Positions 33,054-43,926 of a stretch of DNA of 64,000 nucleotides are shown here, piece by piece. Origin of the DNA: Escherichia coli (GTDB lineage: Bacteria > Pseudomonadota > Gammaproteobacteria > Enterobacterales > Enterobacteriaceae). The DNA lies in the NCBI RefSeq assembly GCF_003790525.1, contig NZ_CP033635.1, one strand, 5' to 3'. The position numbers were made by a program, and so were the translations under genes. The first letter of the stretch is position 1. Every line of letters starts with the position of its first letter. The notes below the pieces were generated by a model. It was not told where the DNA came from and did not search any database. It saw only the letters and a list, made by a program, of their open reading frames with translations.

Positions 33054-33369
33054 AACAACTCCTTAAAAATTGCACCCATGGCAATTGCACGAGCAGTGTT
33101 AATGTGGCGATTACGGTATCGATGACAACGAGTAAATAAGGTGATGAATATCACACAGGGATTATTAACAAAAGAATTCAAATAACCGCCGGGCTATTAC
33201 GCGTTATTTTTTAATAAGCGTGATTGTTTTAAAAACCAGGTTAAAAGCGAGCGGATTATCAAATAAATTCTAACTATATTTTTTTGCCTGTCTGGATCAC
33301 ATAATCCAGATATTTTCCCTGTATGTTAATTGCAGTCATGCTTCACATCGTCGTTAAAAAGGAAGACAG

Positions 33370-34419
33370 ATGAAAATCAGTCGGGAAACACTCCACCAGC
33401 TAATTGAGAATAAACTCTGCCAGGCTGGGTTAAAACGTGAGCACGCTGCAACCGTGGCTGAAGTATTGGTTTACGCCGATGCCAGAGGGATCCACTCTCA
33501 TGGCGCGGTGCGCGTGGAATACTACGCCGAACGCATTTCAAAAGGCGGCACCAACCGTGAACCGGAATTTCGTCTTGAAGAAACCGGACCGTGCTCGGCA
33601 ATTTTACATGCCGACAATGCCGCCGGACAGGTCGCGGCGAAAATGGGTATGGAACATGCCATCAAAACCGCCCAGCAAAATGGCGTTGCGGTGGTCGGTA
33701 TCAGCCGGATGGGTCACAGCGGCGCAATCTCTTATTTTGTACAGCAGGCAGCTCGCGCCGGGTTAATTGGCATTTCGATGTGCCAGTCCGATCCAATGGT
33801 GGTGCCGTTTGGCGGCGCGGAAATTTACTACGGTACTAACCCACTGGCCTTTGCCGCGCCGGGAGAAGGCGACGAGATCCTTACCTTTGATATGGCGACT
33901 ACCGTACAGGCATGGGGAAAAGTGCTCGACGCCCGTTCGCGTAATATGTCTATCCCGGATACCTGGGCGGTCGATAAAAACGGTGCACCAACAACCGATC
34001 CGTTCGCGGTACATGCTCTGCTCCCCGCCGCTGGGCCGAAAGGGTATGGCCTGATGATGATGATTGACGTCCTCTCAGGCGTCTTACTCGGCTTACCGTT
34101 TGGGCGACAGGTTAGTTCGATGTATGACGATTTACACGCCGGGCGTAATTTGGGGCAATTACATATCGTTATTAACCCGAACTTTTTCTCCTCCAGCGAA
34201 TTATTCCGTCAACATCTTAGCCAGACCATGCGCGAATTAAATGCCATTACCCCCGCGCCCGGTTTTAATCAGGTTTATTATCCCGGACAGGATCAGGATA
34301 TTAAACAACGCAAAGCCGCCGTCGAAGGCATCGAAATTGTTGATGATATTTACCAGTATTTGATTTCCGACGCGCTTTATAACACGTCATACGAAACGAA
34401 AAATCCCTTTGCGCAATAA
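33370..34419 (+). CDS. allD: AllD, ureidoglycolate dehydrogenase
   Basis: 349-aa ORF MKISRETLHQLIENKLCQAGLKREHA, Ldh_2 family. Confidence 0.9.
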   Translation: MKISRETLHQLIENKLCQAGLKREHAATVAEVLVYADARGIHSHGAVRVEYYAERISKGGTNREPEFRLEETGPCSAILHADNAAGQVAAKMGMEHAIKTAQQNGVAVVGISRMGHSGAISYFVQQAARAGLIGISMCQSDPMVVPFGGAEIYYGTNPLAFAAPGEGDEILTFDMATTVQAWGKVLDARSRNMSIPDTWAVDKNGAPTTDPFAVHALLPAAGPKGYGLMMMIDVLSGVLLGLPFGRQVSSMYDDLHAGRNLGQLHIVINPNFFSSSELFRQHLSQTMRELNAITPAPGFNQVYYPGQDQDIKQRKAAVEGIEIVDDIYQYLISDALYNTSYETKNPFAQ

Positions 34420-34440
34420 TTATTGAGACAGGACTTTCTT

Positions 34441-35676
34441 ATGATTACACATTTCCGTCAAGCTATAGAAGAAACGCTGCCCTGGCTTTCCTCTTTTGGC
34501 TCTGACCCAACGGGTGGAATGACCCGTTTACTTTATTCGCCGGAATGGTTGGAAACCCAGCAGCAATTTAAAAAAAGAATGGCAGCAAGCGGGCTGGAAA
34601 CACGTTTCGATGAAGTGGGGAATTTATACGGTCGCCTGAGTGGCACCGAATATCCACAGGAAGTGGTTCTGAGCGGTTCGCATATCGATACCGTGGTTAA
34701 CGGCGGTAACCTCGACGGACAATTCGGCGCACTGGCGGCGTGGCTGGCAATTGACTGGTTGAAAACGCAATACGGCGCGCCGTTACGTACGGTCGAAGTG
34801 GTGGCGATGGCAGAAGAAGAAGGCAGCCGCTTCCCGTATGTCTTCTGGGGCAGTAAAAATATCTTTGGGCTGGCGAATCCTGACGACGTGCGGAATATCT
34901 GTGATGCCAAAGGAAATAGTTTTGTCGATGCGATGAAGGCTTGCGGATTTACTCTGCCGAACGCCCCACTAACTCCGCGTCAGGATATTAAAGCCTTTGT
35001 CGAACTGCATATCGAACAGGGCTGTGTGCTGGAAAGTAATGGGCAATCAATTGGCGTGGTGAATGCAATTGTCGGGCAACGTCGCTATACGGTGACGCTG
35101 AATGGCGAATCAAACCATGCAGGCACCACGCCGATGGGTTATCGTCGTGATACGGTTTACGCTTTCAGTCGCATTTGCCATCAGTCGATCGAAAAAGCGA
35201 AAAAGATGGGCGACCCGCTGGTGCTGACCTTTGGCAAGGTGGAACCGCGCCCGAATACGGTAAATGTGGTGCCGGGGAAAACCACGTTCACCATTGATTG
35301 TCGTCATACCGACGCCGCCGTGCTGCGCAATTTCACCCAACAGTTAGAAAACGACATGCGGGCGATTTGCGATGAAATGGACATTGGTATTGATATCGAT
35401 TTATGGATGGACGAAGAACCGGTGCCGATGAATAAGGAGCTGGTCGCCACCCTGACAGAATTGTGTGAAAGCGAAAAACTGAATTACCGGGTAATGCACA
35501 GTGGTGCCGGGCACGACGCACAAATTTTCGCGCCTCGCGTGCCGACCTGCATGATTTTCATTCCCAGCATCAACGGGATCAGCCATAACCCGGCGGAACG
35601 CACCAATATTACCGACCTTGCCGAAGGGGTCAAAACGTTGGCACTCATGCTTTATCAACTTGCCTGGCAGAAATAA
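34441..35676 (+). CDS. allC: AllC, allantoate amidohydrolase (M20 family)
   Basis: 411-aa product from MITHFRQAIEETLPWLSSFG. Confidence 0.9.
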   Translation: MITHFRQAIEETLPWLSSFGSDPTGGMTRLLYSPEWLETQQQFKKRMAASGLETRFDEVGNLYGRLSGTEYPQEVVLSGSHIDTVVNGGNLDGQFGALAAWLAIDWLKTQYGAPLRTVEVVAMAEEEGSRFPYVFWGSKNIFGLANPDDVRNICDAKGNSFVDAMKACGFTLPNAPLTPRQDIKAFVELHIEQGCVLESNGQSIGVVNAIVGQRRYTVTLNGESNHAGTTPMGYRRDTVYAFSRICHQSIEKAKKMGDPLVLTFGKVEPRPNTVNVVPGKTTFTIDCRHTDAAVLRNFTQQLENDMRAICDEMDIGIDIDLWMDEEPVPMNKELVATLTELCESEKLNYRVMHSGAGHDAQIFAPRVPTCMIFIPSINGISHNPAERTNITDLAEGVKTLALMLYQLAWQK

Positions 35677-35686
35677 GGAGTCATAA

Positions 35687-36472
35687 ATGGGATATTTAAA
35701 TAACGTCACCGGTTACCGCGATGATTTACTGGCTAACCGTGCGATTGTGAAACACGGTAATTTCGCGCTGTTAACCCCGGACGGCCTGGTAAAAAATATT
35801 ATTCCGGGCTTTGAAAATTGTGACGCGACAATCCTCTCCACGCCAAAACTGGGTGCCTCTTTTGTTGATTATCTGGTCACACTGCATCAAAACGGCGGCA
35901 ACCAACAGGGCTTCGGTGGCGAAGGCATTGAAACGTTCCTGTATGTGATCTCTGGAAATATCACTGCCAAAGCCGAAGGTAAAACATTTGCCTTAAGCGA
36001 AGGTGGCTATCTTTATTGCCCGCCAGGCTCCTTAATGACGTTTGTTAACGTCCAGGCCGAAGACAGCCAAATCTTTTTATATAAGCGTCGCTATATTCCG
36101 GTAGAAGGTCATGCGCCGTGGCTGGTTTCTGGCAATGCCAGCGAACTGGAACGCATTCATTATGAAGGCATGGACGATGTTATTCTGCTGGATTTTCTGC
36201 CCAAAGAGTTAGGTTTTGATATGAACATGCATATCCTCTCTTTTGCACCAGGTGCCAGCCACGGTTATATCGAAACCCACGTTCAGGAACACGGTGCCTA
36301 TATTCTTTCCGGTCAGGGGGTTTATAACCTCGACAATAACTGGATCCCGGTGAAAAAAGGCGATTACATCTTTATGGGCGCTTATTCTTTACAGGCTGGT
36401 TATGGCGTAGGGCGTGGTGAAGCGTTCAGCTATATTTACTCGAAAGATTGCAACCGCGACGTAGAGATTTAA
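35687..36472 (+). CDS. allE: AllE (YlbA), (S)-ureidoglycine aminohydrolase, bicupin
   Basis: 261-aa ORF MGYLNNVTGYRDDLLANRAIVKHG. Confidence 0.88.
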   Translation: MGYLNNVTGYRDDLLANRAIVKHGNFALLTPDGLVKNIIPGFENCDATILSTPKLGASFVDYLVTLHQNGGNQQGFGGEGIETFLYVISGNITAKAEGKTFALSEGGYLYCPPGSLMTFVNVQAEDSQIFLYKRRYIPVEGHAPWLVSGNASELERIHYEGMDDVILLDFLPKELGFDMNMHILSFAPGASHGYIETHVQEHGAYILSGQGVYNLDNNWIPVKKGDYIFMGAYSLQAGYGVGRGEAFSYIYSKDCNRDVEI

Positions 36473-36513
36473 GTCATACCACTCGCCTGATTATTTTTAG
36501 CTATGTTGGATTT

Positions 36514-36541
36514 TGCCACGGTTTATTCCGTGGCTTTTTTT
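36514..36541 (+). terminator. Rho-independent terminator after allDCE
   Basis: GCCACGG-TTTATTC-CGTGGC stem-loop followed by TTTTTTT. Confidence 0.75.
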
Positions 36542-36556
36542 GCGGTAAATTCAGGT

Positions 36557-36590
36557 AAAAAACGGATGCGATATAAATCGCATCCGCTTT
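36557..36590 (-). terminator. Rho-independent terminator after glxK
   Basis: CGGATGCGATATAAATCGCATCCG stem-loop followed on the minus strand by a T-run (plus-strand AAAAAA at 36557-36562). Confidence 0.7.
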
Positions 36591-36601
36591 AAAGGTAATA
36601 G

Positions 36602-37747
36602 TCAGTTTTTAATTCCCTGACCTATTTTAATGGCGCAGGCAATATTTCGTGCGCTGTTGAAGAGATTGGTTTCACCGCTGGCGAGCACTTCGGCTAAAGG
36701 TGCCAGACGTGGCAAAATGCTGAACACCGCGTCAATGCCGTACTGGTGCACCACTTCCACGCCATCACCCAATACGCCAGCAATCCCAATCACCGGGACA
36801 TTAAACTGCTTCGCCACCGACGCCACGCCCAGCGGCGCTTTACCACCTGCCGTTTGCGAATCGATGCGCCCTTCCCCGGTGATCACCAGCGCTGCACCCT
36901 GCACCGCCTGCTCCAGGTTGACCGCCCGCAGTACAATCTCAATACCCGGTTTAATATCCGCATTGAGGAATACCGCCGCCGCAATGCCCATACCGCCCGC
37001 CGCGCCGCCACCCGCCATCTGGCAGACGTTGATTTCAGTTAGCTGTTGTAAAACACGGGCGTAATTTTGCAGCCCCTGTTCCAGTTCTTCGACCATTTCC
37101 GGCGTTGCCCCTTTTTGCGGACCAAACACCGCCGCCGCGCCGCGTGCCCCTACCAGCGGGTTATCAACGTCACATGCTACTTCAATATGACAGTTCGCCA
37201 GACGCGGATCGCATTCATTCATCTCAATACTTGCCACCCGCGCTAAATTGCCGCCGTTAGCCGCCAGCGGCTGACCGTCGGCATCAAGGAAACGCACACC
37301 GAGCGCCTGCGCCATGCCCATACCGCCGTCGACCGTCGCACTGCCGCCAATGCCGAGAATAATATGGCGAATGCCGTTATCCAGCGCATGGCGAATTAAC
37401 TCCCCCGTACCAAAACTGGAGGCCAGCAACGGATTACGCTTTTCAGGCGCGACCAGCATCAGGCCACTTGCTGCCGCCATCTCAATCACTGCCGTTTTCC
37501 CGTCGCCGGTAAGTCCATAAAAAGCATTCACTTTTTCGCCCATCGGCCCGCAGACTTCAAGCTTCACGATGTTACCGCCCGTCGCGGCGACCATCGCCTC
37601 CACCGTCCCTTCGCCGCCATCCGCTATCGGCAAACAGATATAGTGCGCATCGGGAAATATGGTCGAAAACCCGGCTTTAATTGCCTGACAACATTTTTCT
37701 GCACTTAAGCTCTCTTTAAAAGAGTCTGGCGCAATGACAATCTTCAT
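36602..37747 (-). CDS. glxK: GlxK, glycerate 2-kinase
   Basis: 381-aa product from [27 protein letters not shown]. Confidence 0.9.
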   Translation of the reverse strand: MKIVIAPDSFKESLSAEKCCQAIKAGFSTIFPDAHYICLPIADGGEGTVEAMVAATGGNIVKLEVCGPMGEKVNAFYGLTGDGKTAVIEMAAASGLMLVAPEKRNPLLASSFGTGELIRHALDNGIRHIILGIGGSATVDGGMGMAQALGVRFLDADGQPLAANGGNLARVASIEMNECDPRLANCHIEVACDVDNPLVGARGAAAVFGPQKGATPEMVEELEQGLQNYARVLQQLTEINVCQMAGGGAAGGMGIAAAVFLNADIKPGIEIVLRAVNLEQAVQGAALVITGEGRIDSQTAGGKAPLGVASVAKQFNVPVIGIAGVLGDGVEVVHQYGIDAVFSILPRLAPLAEVLASGETNLFNSARNIACAIKIGQGIKN

Positions 37748-38019
37748 TATCAATCCTTTTTCAACAAATTATTCGATGCGTTCCCACGGAATAAGATTAT
37801 CCATAAGAACAGCCAGTAAAATTCCGACCAGTAAGCCGTTACTGAGCAGAGGACGAAGCGTTAATGGAAGGTCTTGCAGATACACAGGCGGTAATGCCAT
37901 TAAAAATATGCCGACAAATAACGGCAATGCGAGTCGATAAATATTGCGAGCGGTAAACGTTATTTGCTGGCTAAACACCAGCGCGGAAAAGAGTAAAGGC
38001 AGATGGTAATGACTCCAAC

Positions 38020-38523
38020 TTACTGATAGTGTTTTATGTTCAGATAATGCCCGATGACCTTGTCATGCAGCTCCACCGATTTTGAGAACGACAGTGACTT
38101 CCGTCCCAGCCTTGCCAGATGTTGTCTCAGATTCAGGTTATGCCGCTCAATTCGCTGAGTGTAACGCTTGCTGATTACGTGCAGCTTTCCCTTCAGGCGG
38201 GATTCATACAGCGGCCAGCCATCCGTCATCCATACCACGACCTCAAAGGCCGACAGCAGGCTTAGAAGACGCTCCAGTGTGGCCAGAGTGCGTTCACCGA
38301 ATACGTGCGCAACAACCGTCTTCCGGAGCCTGTCATACGCGTAAAACAGCCAGCGCTGGCGCGATTTAGCCCCGACGTATCCCCACTGTTCGTCCATTTC
38401 CGCGCAGACGATGACGTCACTGCCCGGCTGTATGCGCGAGGTTACCGACTGCGGCCTGAGTTTTTTAAATGGCGGAAAATCGTGTTGAGGCCAACGCCCA
38501 TAATGCGGGCGGTTGCCCGGCAT
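38020..38523 (-). CDS. insB: InsB, IS1 transposase catalytic ORF (expressed by -1 frameshift as InsAB')
   Basis: 167-aa [54 protein letters not shown]. Confidence 0.95.
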   Translation of the reverse strand: MPGNRPHYGRWPQHDFPPFKKLRPQSVTSRIQPGSDVIVCAEMDEQWGYVGAKSRQRWLFYAYDRLRKTVVAHVFGERTLATLERLLSLLSAFEVVVWMTDGWPLYESRLKGKLHVISKRYTQRIERHNLNLRQHLARLGRKSLSFSKSVELHDKVIGHYLNIKHYQ

Positions 38524-38717
38524 CCAACGCCATTCATGGCCATATCAATGATTTTCTGGTGCGTACCGGGTTGAGAAGCGGTGTAAGTGAACTGCAGTTG
38601 CCATGTTTTACGGCAGTGAGAGCAGAGATAGCGCTGATGTCCGGCGGTGCTTTTGCCGTTACGCACCACCCCGTCAGTAGCTGAACAGGAGGGACAGCTG
38701 ATAGAAACAGAAGCCAC
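38442..38717 (-). CDS. insA: InsA, IS1 repressor/transposase N-terminal protein
   Basis: 91-aa [43 protein letters not shown] (zinc-finger plus HTH). Confidence 0.95.
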   Translation of the reverse strand: MASVSISCPSCSATDGVVRNGKSTAGHQRYLCSHCRKTWQLQFTYTASQPGTHQKIIDMAMNGVGCRATARIMGVGLNTIFRHLKNSGRSR

Positions 38718-39902
38718 TGGAGCACCTCAAAAACACCATCATACACTAAATCAGTAAGTTGGCAGCATCACCAAGGCAGATAAGAAACCAACATGACCGC
38801 GCTACTCACCGGTAAAGGGATACTGCAAAACAGTCGTGTGAGTGCCGGAACCAGTGCCACCAGCAGGCAAATAACGCTGCCATAAATAAACGATCGTCGC
38901 GTGTAATCGCCAGTCTGGGTTAATAAACCAATGGATGAAACAAACGGTGAAAATGGAATTACCGCCAGCGGCACGGTTATCAGCGTCATAAATCCGGTCG
39001 CCACAAAGCTGCGACGATAACGCGTATTCCCCGCGCCCTGTTGCGGATAAAAAACATCCGTGCCACGAATCGCACCGTAGGTATTGCTGATATTTACCAG
39101 ACCTGTAATCACCGCCGTCAGAATAATCCCCGGCGACAAAGCACCGCCACTGCCGAGCGGGAACCACTGCCAGTGCAACTCACCGGAGAGCGAATGCGAA
39201 GAAGGAAAGCAAAAGTACCACAACAACCAGCCGGTTATCGTACCGACCAGCAGGCCATAACGGGCAAAACGTTGCGGCAGGAAGATAATCATCGCCAGTA
39301 CCAGGCACATCACCGCCACCGAGAGCGCGAACGGCGGTAACTGAATTTTAAAATTCGGGTCGGCTATGCCAAACGGCAGCCCGAGCATACCTTTGAAAAA
39401 GATAGTGGTCAGCTGCGCGCCCAGCATCAACATAAACAAGACCATCACCGACGGCGTAAATAACCGCGCCAGACGATGACCTAATCCGCTAAAACCAATC
39501 AACATCGTCAGCACGCCAGAGAGCGCAATTCCCACCGCCAGGCTGGTAGCGATATCGTTGATCGGTGTCCCGCGCGATGCTTCGCCAAGGGTGATAGTCA
39601 GGATGGTTCCCCACCACAGGCCACCCGGCCCTTCCATAATAGCGCGACGATGACCGCAGAACGCCTGAGCGAAGCAGGCCAGTGCGGTAGCAAGAAAAGC
39701 ATATTGCGTGAGCGTAAGCAGGCTACTTTGCGGCAACTGAAAAGCAGAAAGTAGCGTAGGAGGAACCACAACCGTGTTGCAAAAAATAAAGAAAAACCAC
39801 TGAAATCCTGATAACAGGCTTTCGCGGCCCACTGCAAAATTGAACATAAACACACCTTAACCGGAGAATGCCCGCCACAAGGACGGGCATTGCAGGGCCA
39901 GA

Positions 39903-41264
39903 TTACTGCTGATGTTTAAGGATAAATTGACCTTTCGGCGCAACAGGGAAGCCCTGTTCGATGTCGTAAATCACATCACCACGTAAGATGGTTTTCGTGA
40001 TACGCGCGCCAATAGTACGGCCAACATACGGGCTGACTTTGTGGCGATATTCCAGATCGTCATTGGTAAGAACATAGCTGCTATTCGGCTGAATGAAGAC
40101 GAAGTCGGCATCTTTTCCTGGGGCGATACGGCCTTTTTGCTGCAGACCGAAAATATCTGCTGCGTTAGTCGCCATTAATTTGCCGAACATTGGCAGAGAC
40201 ATTCCGCGTTTCTGTACCGCTTCATCGAACATCACGTCCATGCAGCTTTGCAGACCAGCGATACCGCCCCACGCTTTCATGATGTTACCGGCTTTCATTT
40301 CCGGCGGGCATGGAGAGTGGTCGGAAACCAGGCAGTCTATTTCACCGTTAAACAGTTTTTCCCACATGCCTTTCTGGTTTTCCAGATCGCGGATCGGCGG
40401 TGAACACTTCGCCAGGGTGCCAATTTCTTCGAACTGATCGGTATCCAGCACAAAGTAATGCGGGCAGGATTCACAGGTAACATCCTGGCCTTCCTGACGT
40501 GCACGAGTCACTTCTTCAACACCTTCCGGGCTGCTGATATGGCAAACGTGCAGACGGCAACCGGCAACTTTCGCCAGGTACAGCACGCGGCGAATCGCTT
40601 CCACTTCGGTAAATACCGGACGCGAAGCCACATAGTCATGTGCGGTTACGCGACCTTCACGTTTCGCTTCTTCGCCAAGTTCGTCACAGATCAGCGCGTT
40701 TTCGCAGTGCACCAGCACCGGCTGTCCCAGTTCGCCCAGCTTCTGCGCACCTTTGAAGAACTGCCAGTCATTGACGTCACGGAAGTCGTTGTCGATACCG
40801 CGATCGCCACAGGTCGCAACGAAGCATTTGAAGCCGACAACGCCCACTTCATCCAGCTCATGCAGACGGTCGATGTTGTAAGACACCAGGCCACCGAGTT
40901 GCGCCGCATCGATAGTCAGCTTGCCTTTGGCGGCATCAAACTTCAGTTCAATCGATGCGCGGTCAACCGTTGCAGGCAGCTGGTTGAGCGGCATTTCGAT
41001 CATGGTGGTGATACCACCTTTTGCTGCTGCGCGAGTACCGGTTTCATAACCTTCCCAGTGGCTGCGACCCGGTTCAGAAATATGGGTGTGCGCATCAACC
41101 ATGCCTGGCGAAACCACCAGACCAGACGCATCCATAACTTCTTTTGCATCGCCCAGATCCTGACCGATAGCAGCAATTTTTCCGCCTTTAACGGCGACAT
41201 CCACTACGCGAGCTTCGTTTTCTAAAATAACGGTGCCGTTTTTAATGATTAAATCAAAAGACAT
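39903..41264 (-). CDS. allB: AllB, allantoinase
   Basis: 453-aa product from [34 protein letters not shown]; cyclic amidohydrolase with metal-binding His motifs. Confidence 0.9.
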   Translation of the reverse strand: MSFDLIIKNGTVILENEARVVDVAVKGGKIAAIGQDLGDAKEVMDASGLVVSPGMVDAHTHISEPGRSHWEGYETGTRAAAKGGITTMIEMPLNQLPATVDRASIELKFDAAKGKLTIDAAQLGGLVSYNIDRLHELDEVGVVGFKCFVATCGDRGIDNDFRDVNDWQFFKGAQKLGELGQPVLVHCENALICDELGEEAKREGRVTAHDYVASRPVFTEVEAIRRVLYLAKVAGCRLHVCHISSPEGVEEVTRARQEGQDVTCESCPHYFVLDTDQFEEIGTLAKCSPPIRDLENQKGMWEKLFNGEIDCLVSDHSPCPPEMKAGNIMKAWGGIAGLQSCMDVMFDEAVQKRGMSLPMFGKLMATNAADIFGLQQKGRIAPGKDADFVFIQPNSSYVLTNDDLEYRHKVSPYVGRTIGARITKTILRGDVIYDIEQGFPVAPKGQFILKHQQ

Positions 41265-41324
41265 AACAAACTCCTTGTAAAATACAGATTGGTTTTTTAA
41301 CTCAATGTTCAATATCGGGATTAA

Positions 41325-42779
41325 TTAACCTGTGACTTTTTGTTCTCCTGTTTTTTCTGCTGCAGTACGCTTCTTTAATAAGGCGTAGGCCGCAAAGGCG
41401 ACAATAACGCCGACAAACCATGAAACGCGTGATAAAGGCTCCATGAACGGAATAAATTTACCACCGAGAGATAAAATAACGGCGACCAAAGTTACTGAGA
41501 ACGCGGTAAGGTTAAAGCCGTTATCGTAATATTTGAAATCCCCTGCTGCGGTATACAGTTCATCAAGATTAATTTGTCCGCGCATCACCACAAAATAATG
41601 CGCCATCATGACACCAATTACCGGACCCAGCATTCCGCCGATAATATCGAGGAACAGATAAATGCTGTCCTGATTTTCCATTAATTTCCACGGGCAGATC
41701 AGCAAGCTGATAATACTGGCAATCAGTACGCCGTTTTTATAGGTCAGTTTCGTCGGTGCAATAGCGGCTATCTGATAACCAGCCGGAATAATATTACCGG
41801 TGGCGTTAGTGGAGATAGTCGTCATCAGAATAACCAGTACCGCAAAGAACGAGGCAAACAGGCTGTCCCAACGCTGAACAATATCCAGCACGTTCCAGGT
41901 GTCCGCGCCGTAGTGAATACTGGCTCCGGCAATAATACATACCCCGGCGACCGCAAACAGAATATAGGCCACAACTAAACCCAGCGTTTGCCCCAGCGCC
42001 TGCTCACGAAACGAGTGGGCGTTTTGCGTAAAGTCGGATGCGCTCACCGCCGGTGCCGCCCAGACCGCAACTACCGCGTTAATCACCACCAGGAACAGGA
42101 AGCCACCGTTTTCTGCTTTCTGAATACCGCCCGGAATATAGTCAAAGATTGGACCGATCCCGACCAGCGAAATCGCCCAAATCGCCATACCGCCGAAAAC
42201 GATATAGATGCACGGGTTAAGAATGGCAGTGAATTTATTTAAAACTTTGCCATCACCGAAACCGATTCCGACGTTCACCAGCCAGAAGAGTAAGAAAGTG
42301 ATTAAACCCGGTAGAGAAAGCCCTAACAGGGTAAAATCACCACCGAGAGTTAAAAATCCCGGCCAGATTTTGCCAATCAGGATCAAGCAGGCCAGCGATC
42401 CAGCGTAACATTGCAGGCCAAACCACATAATGGCAGCAATCCCGCCTCTTAATAATCCGGGAAACAGTGCACCACGTACGCCGTAAGAAGCACGCAGGAT
42501 CATGGCAAAAGGCACACCGTATTTACTGCCCGCAGCACCGTTTAATACCATTACCGCGGCAATGAAAAAGGCGCTGAGGATAATTGCCAGCATAATACTA
42601 AAGGTAGACAAGCCGAGAATAAAAAAGCCGCCGACCATCACATAATTGGGAACGTTATGAACCGAACCCATCCATAAGGTAAAATAGTTAAATGTTTTCC
42701 AGGTCCGCTGGCTTTGCGTTTTCGGCAATAGATCTTCGCTATAGCCGCGTTGCTGGAATAGTTTTCTCTGATGTTCCAT
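41325..42779 (-). CDS. ybbW: YbbW, putative allantoin permease (NCS1 family)
   Basis: 484-aa polytopic membrane ORF MEHQRKLFQQRGYSEDLLPKTQSQRTW. Confidence 0.85.
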   Translation of the reverse strand: MEHQRKLFQQRGYSEDLLPKTQSQRTWKTFNYFTLWMGSVHNVPNYVMVGGFFILGLSTFSIMLAIILSAFFIAAVMVLNGAAGSKYGVPFAMILRASYGVRGALFPGLLRGGIAAIMWFGLQCYAGSLACLILIGKIWPGFLTLGGDFTLLGLSLPGLITFLLFWLVNVGIGFGDGKVLNKFTAILNPCIYIVFGGMAIWAISLVGIGPIFDYIPGGIQKAENGGFLFLVVINAVVAVWAAPAVSASDFTQNAHSFREQALGQTLGLVVAYILFAVAGVCIIAGASIHYGADTWNVLDIVQRWDSLFASFFAVLVILMTTISTNATGNIIPAGYQIAAIAPTKLTYKNGVLIASIISLLICPWKLMENQDSIYLFLDIIGGMLGPVIGVMMAHYFVVMRGQINLDELYTAAGDFKYYDNGFNLTAFSVTLVAVILSLGGKFIPFMEPLSRVSWFVGVIVAFAAYALLKKRTAAEKTGEQKVTG

Positions 42780-42948
42780 AAATCCCTCTTAATTTCACGT
42801 ATCGAATAACGTCTTTTTAATCTAGCTATGAGGAACAAATAAAATAAAAATATTATTTTTAATACTGAAGCAACATCTTTGGCTGCTTTCTTTTTTTAAT
42901 ATTGCTGGCCGATTCATTTTCTGATATCGGCCATTTTTATTGCGGGTA

Positions 42949-43827
42949 TCAGGCCAGTTTATGGTTAGCCATTAATTCCAGCGCCTGCACTAACGCAGAG
43001 TGATCCAACTGGCTACCACCGTTTGCCGCACAGGTATTAAACAATTCCTGGCAGGTCGCGGTGTTTGGCAGATTCAGCGCCAGTGCTTTCGCACTTTGCA
43101 GTGCCAGGTTGAGATCTTTCTGGTGCAGCGCAATTTTAAAACCTGGATTAAAGGTGCGTTTAATCATGCGCTCACCGTGAACTTCCAGAATACGTGAGGA
43201 AGCAAAGCCGCCCATCAGCGCCTGGCGCACACGTACCGGATCCGCTCCGGCTTTTGAAGCAAATAGCAGGGCTTCAGAAACCGCTTCAATATTGAGCGCC
43301 ACGATAATCTGATTTGCCACTTTGCAGGTTTGACCGTCGCCGTTACCGCCCACGAGGGTGATATTTTTACCGAGCAGTTCAAACAGCGGTTTAACACGTT
43401 CAAATACCGCTTCGTCACCGCCAACCATAATCGACAACGTCCCTTCACGCGCGCCGATTTCACCGCCGGAGACGGGCGCATCGAGATAATCGCCGCCCAG
43501 TTCATTCACCTGACGAGCGAAACGTTTAGTTTCGATCGGGGAAATGGAGCTCATATCAACAATGGTTTTGCCCTTCAGCGAGGCTTTGGTACAACCATTT
43601 TCACCAAACAGAACGTCTTCAACCTGTGGCGTATCCGGCACCATAATAAAAATGATGTCCGATGCTTCCGTTACCTGGCGCGCAGTTTCAACACTGACGG
43701 CACCCAGTGACAGTAATTCATCAGCAACCGGACCAATGGTTGTGACATGCAGTTGATGACCGGCACGCGCCAGATTAATGGCCATCGGAGTACCCATAAT
43801 GCCTAAGCCAATAAATCCCAGTTTCAT
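42949..43827 (-). CDS. glxR: GlxR, tartronate semialdehyde reductase
   Basis: 292-aa ORF MKLGFIGLGIMGTPMAINLARAGH with NAD-binding Rossmann motif. Confidence 0.92.
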   Translation of the reverse strand: MKLGFIGLGIMGTPMAINLARAGHQLHVTTIGPVADELLSLGAVSVETARQVTEASDIIFIMVPDTPQVEDVLFGENGCTKASLKGKTIVDMSSISPIETKRFARQVNELGGDYLDAPVSGGEIGAREGTLSIMVGGDEAVFERVKPLFELLGKNITLVGGNGDGQTCKVANQIIVALNIEAVSEALLFASKAGADPVRVRQALMGGFASSRILEVHGERMIKRTFNPGFKIALHQKDLNLALQSAKALALNLPNTATCQELFNTCAANGGSQLDHSALVQALELMANHKLA

Positions 43828-43926
43828 AATTAACCTCTTTTAAATTTCGCTTTTCCTGAATTCAGACAACACGATCCCCTGCCGACTTAGCGACCTAAAA
43901 AAGCATTGTCTGAATAGCGTTACGTT

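Larger units (their letters stand above)
38005..38772 (-). mobile_element. IS1 insertion sequence (768 bp) with terminal inverted repeats and 9-bp target-site duplication AAGGCAGAT
   Basis: IR GGTAATGACTCCAACTTACTGAT at 38005-38027 and its near-perfect inverted copy at 38750-38772; insA and insB ORFs inside; identical AAGGCAGAT at 37996-38004 and 38773-38781. Confidence 0.95.
37769..39853 (-). pseudogene. ybbY: ybbY (putative purine/uracil permease) disrupted by IS1: N-terminal fragment 38773-39853, C-terminal fragment 37769-38004
   Basis: One permease frame is split: the 361-aa fragment (MFMFNFAVGRESLLSGFQWFFF...) runs into the IS1 end at 38772; the remaining C-terminal residues (ending ...LIPWERIE) resume after the element; a 9-bp duplication flanks the IS. 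Confidence 0.85.

Noticed and set aside
40458-41225. 255-aa plus-strand ORF
   Set aside because: Antisense to allB (allantoinase), which has clear amidohydrolase motifs and operon context.
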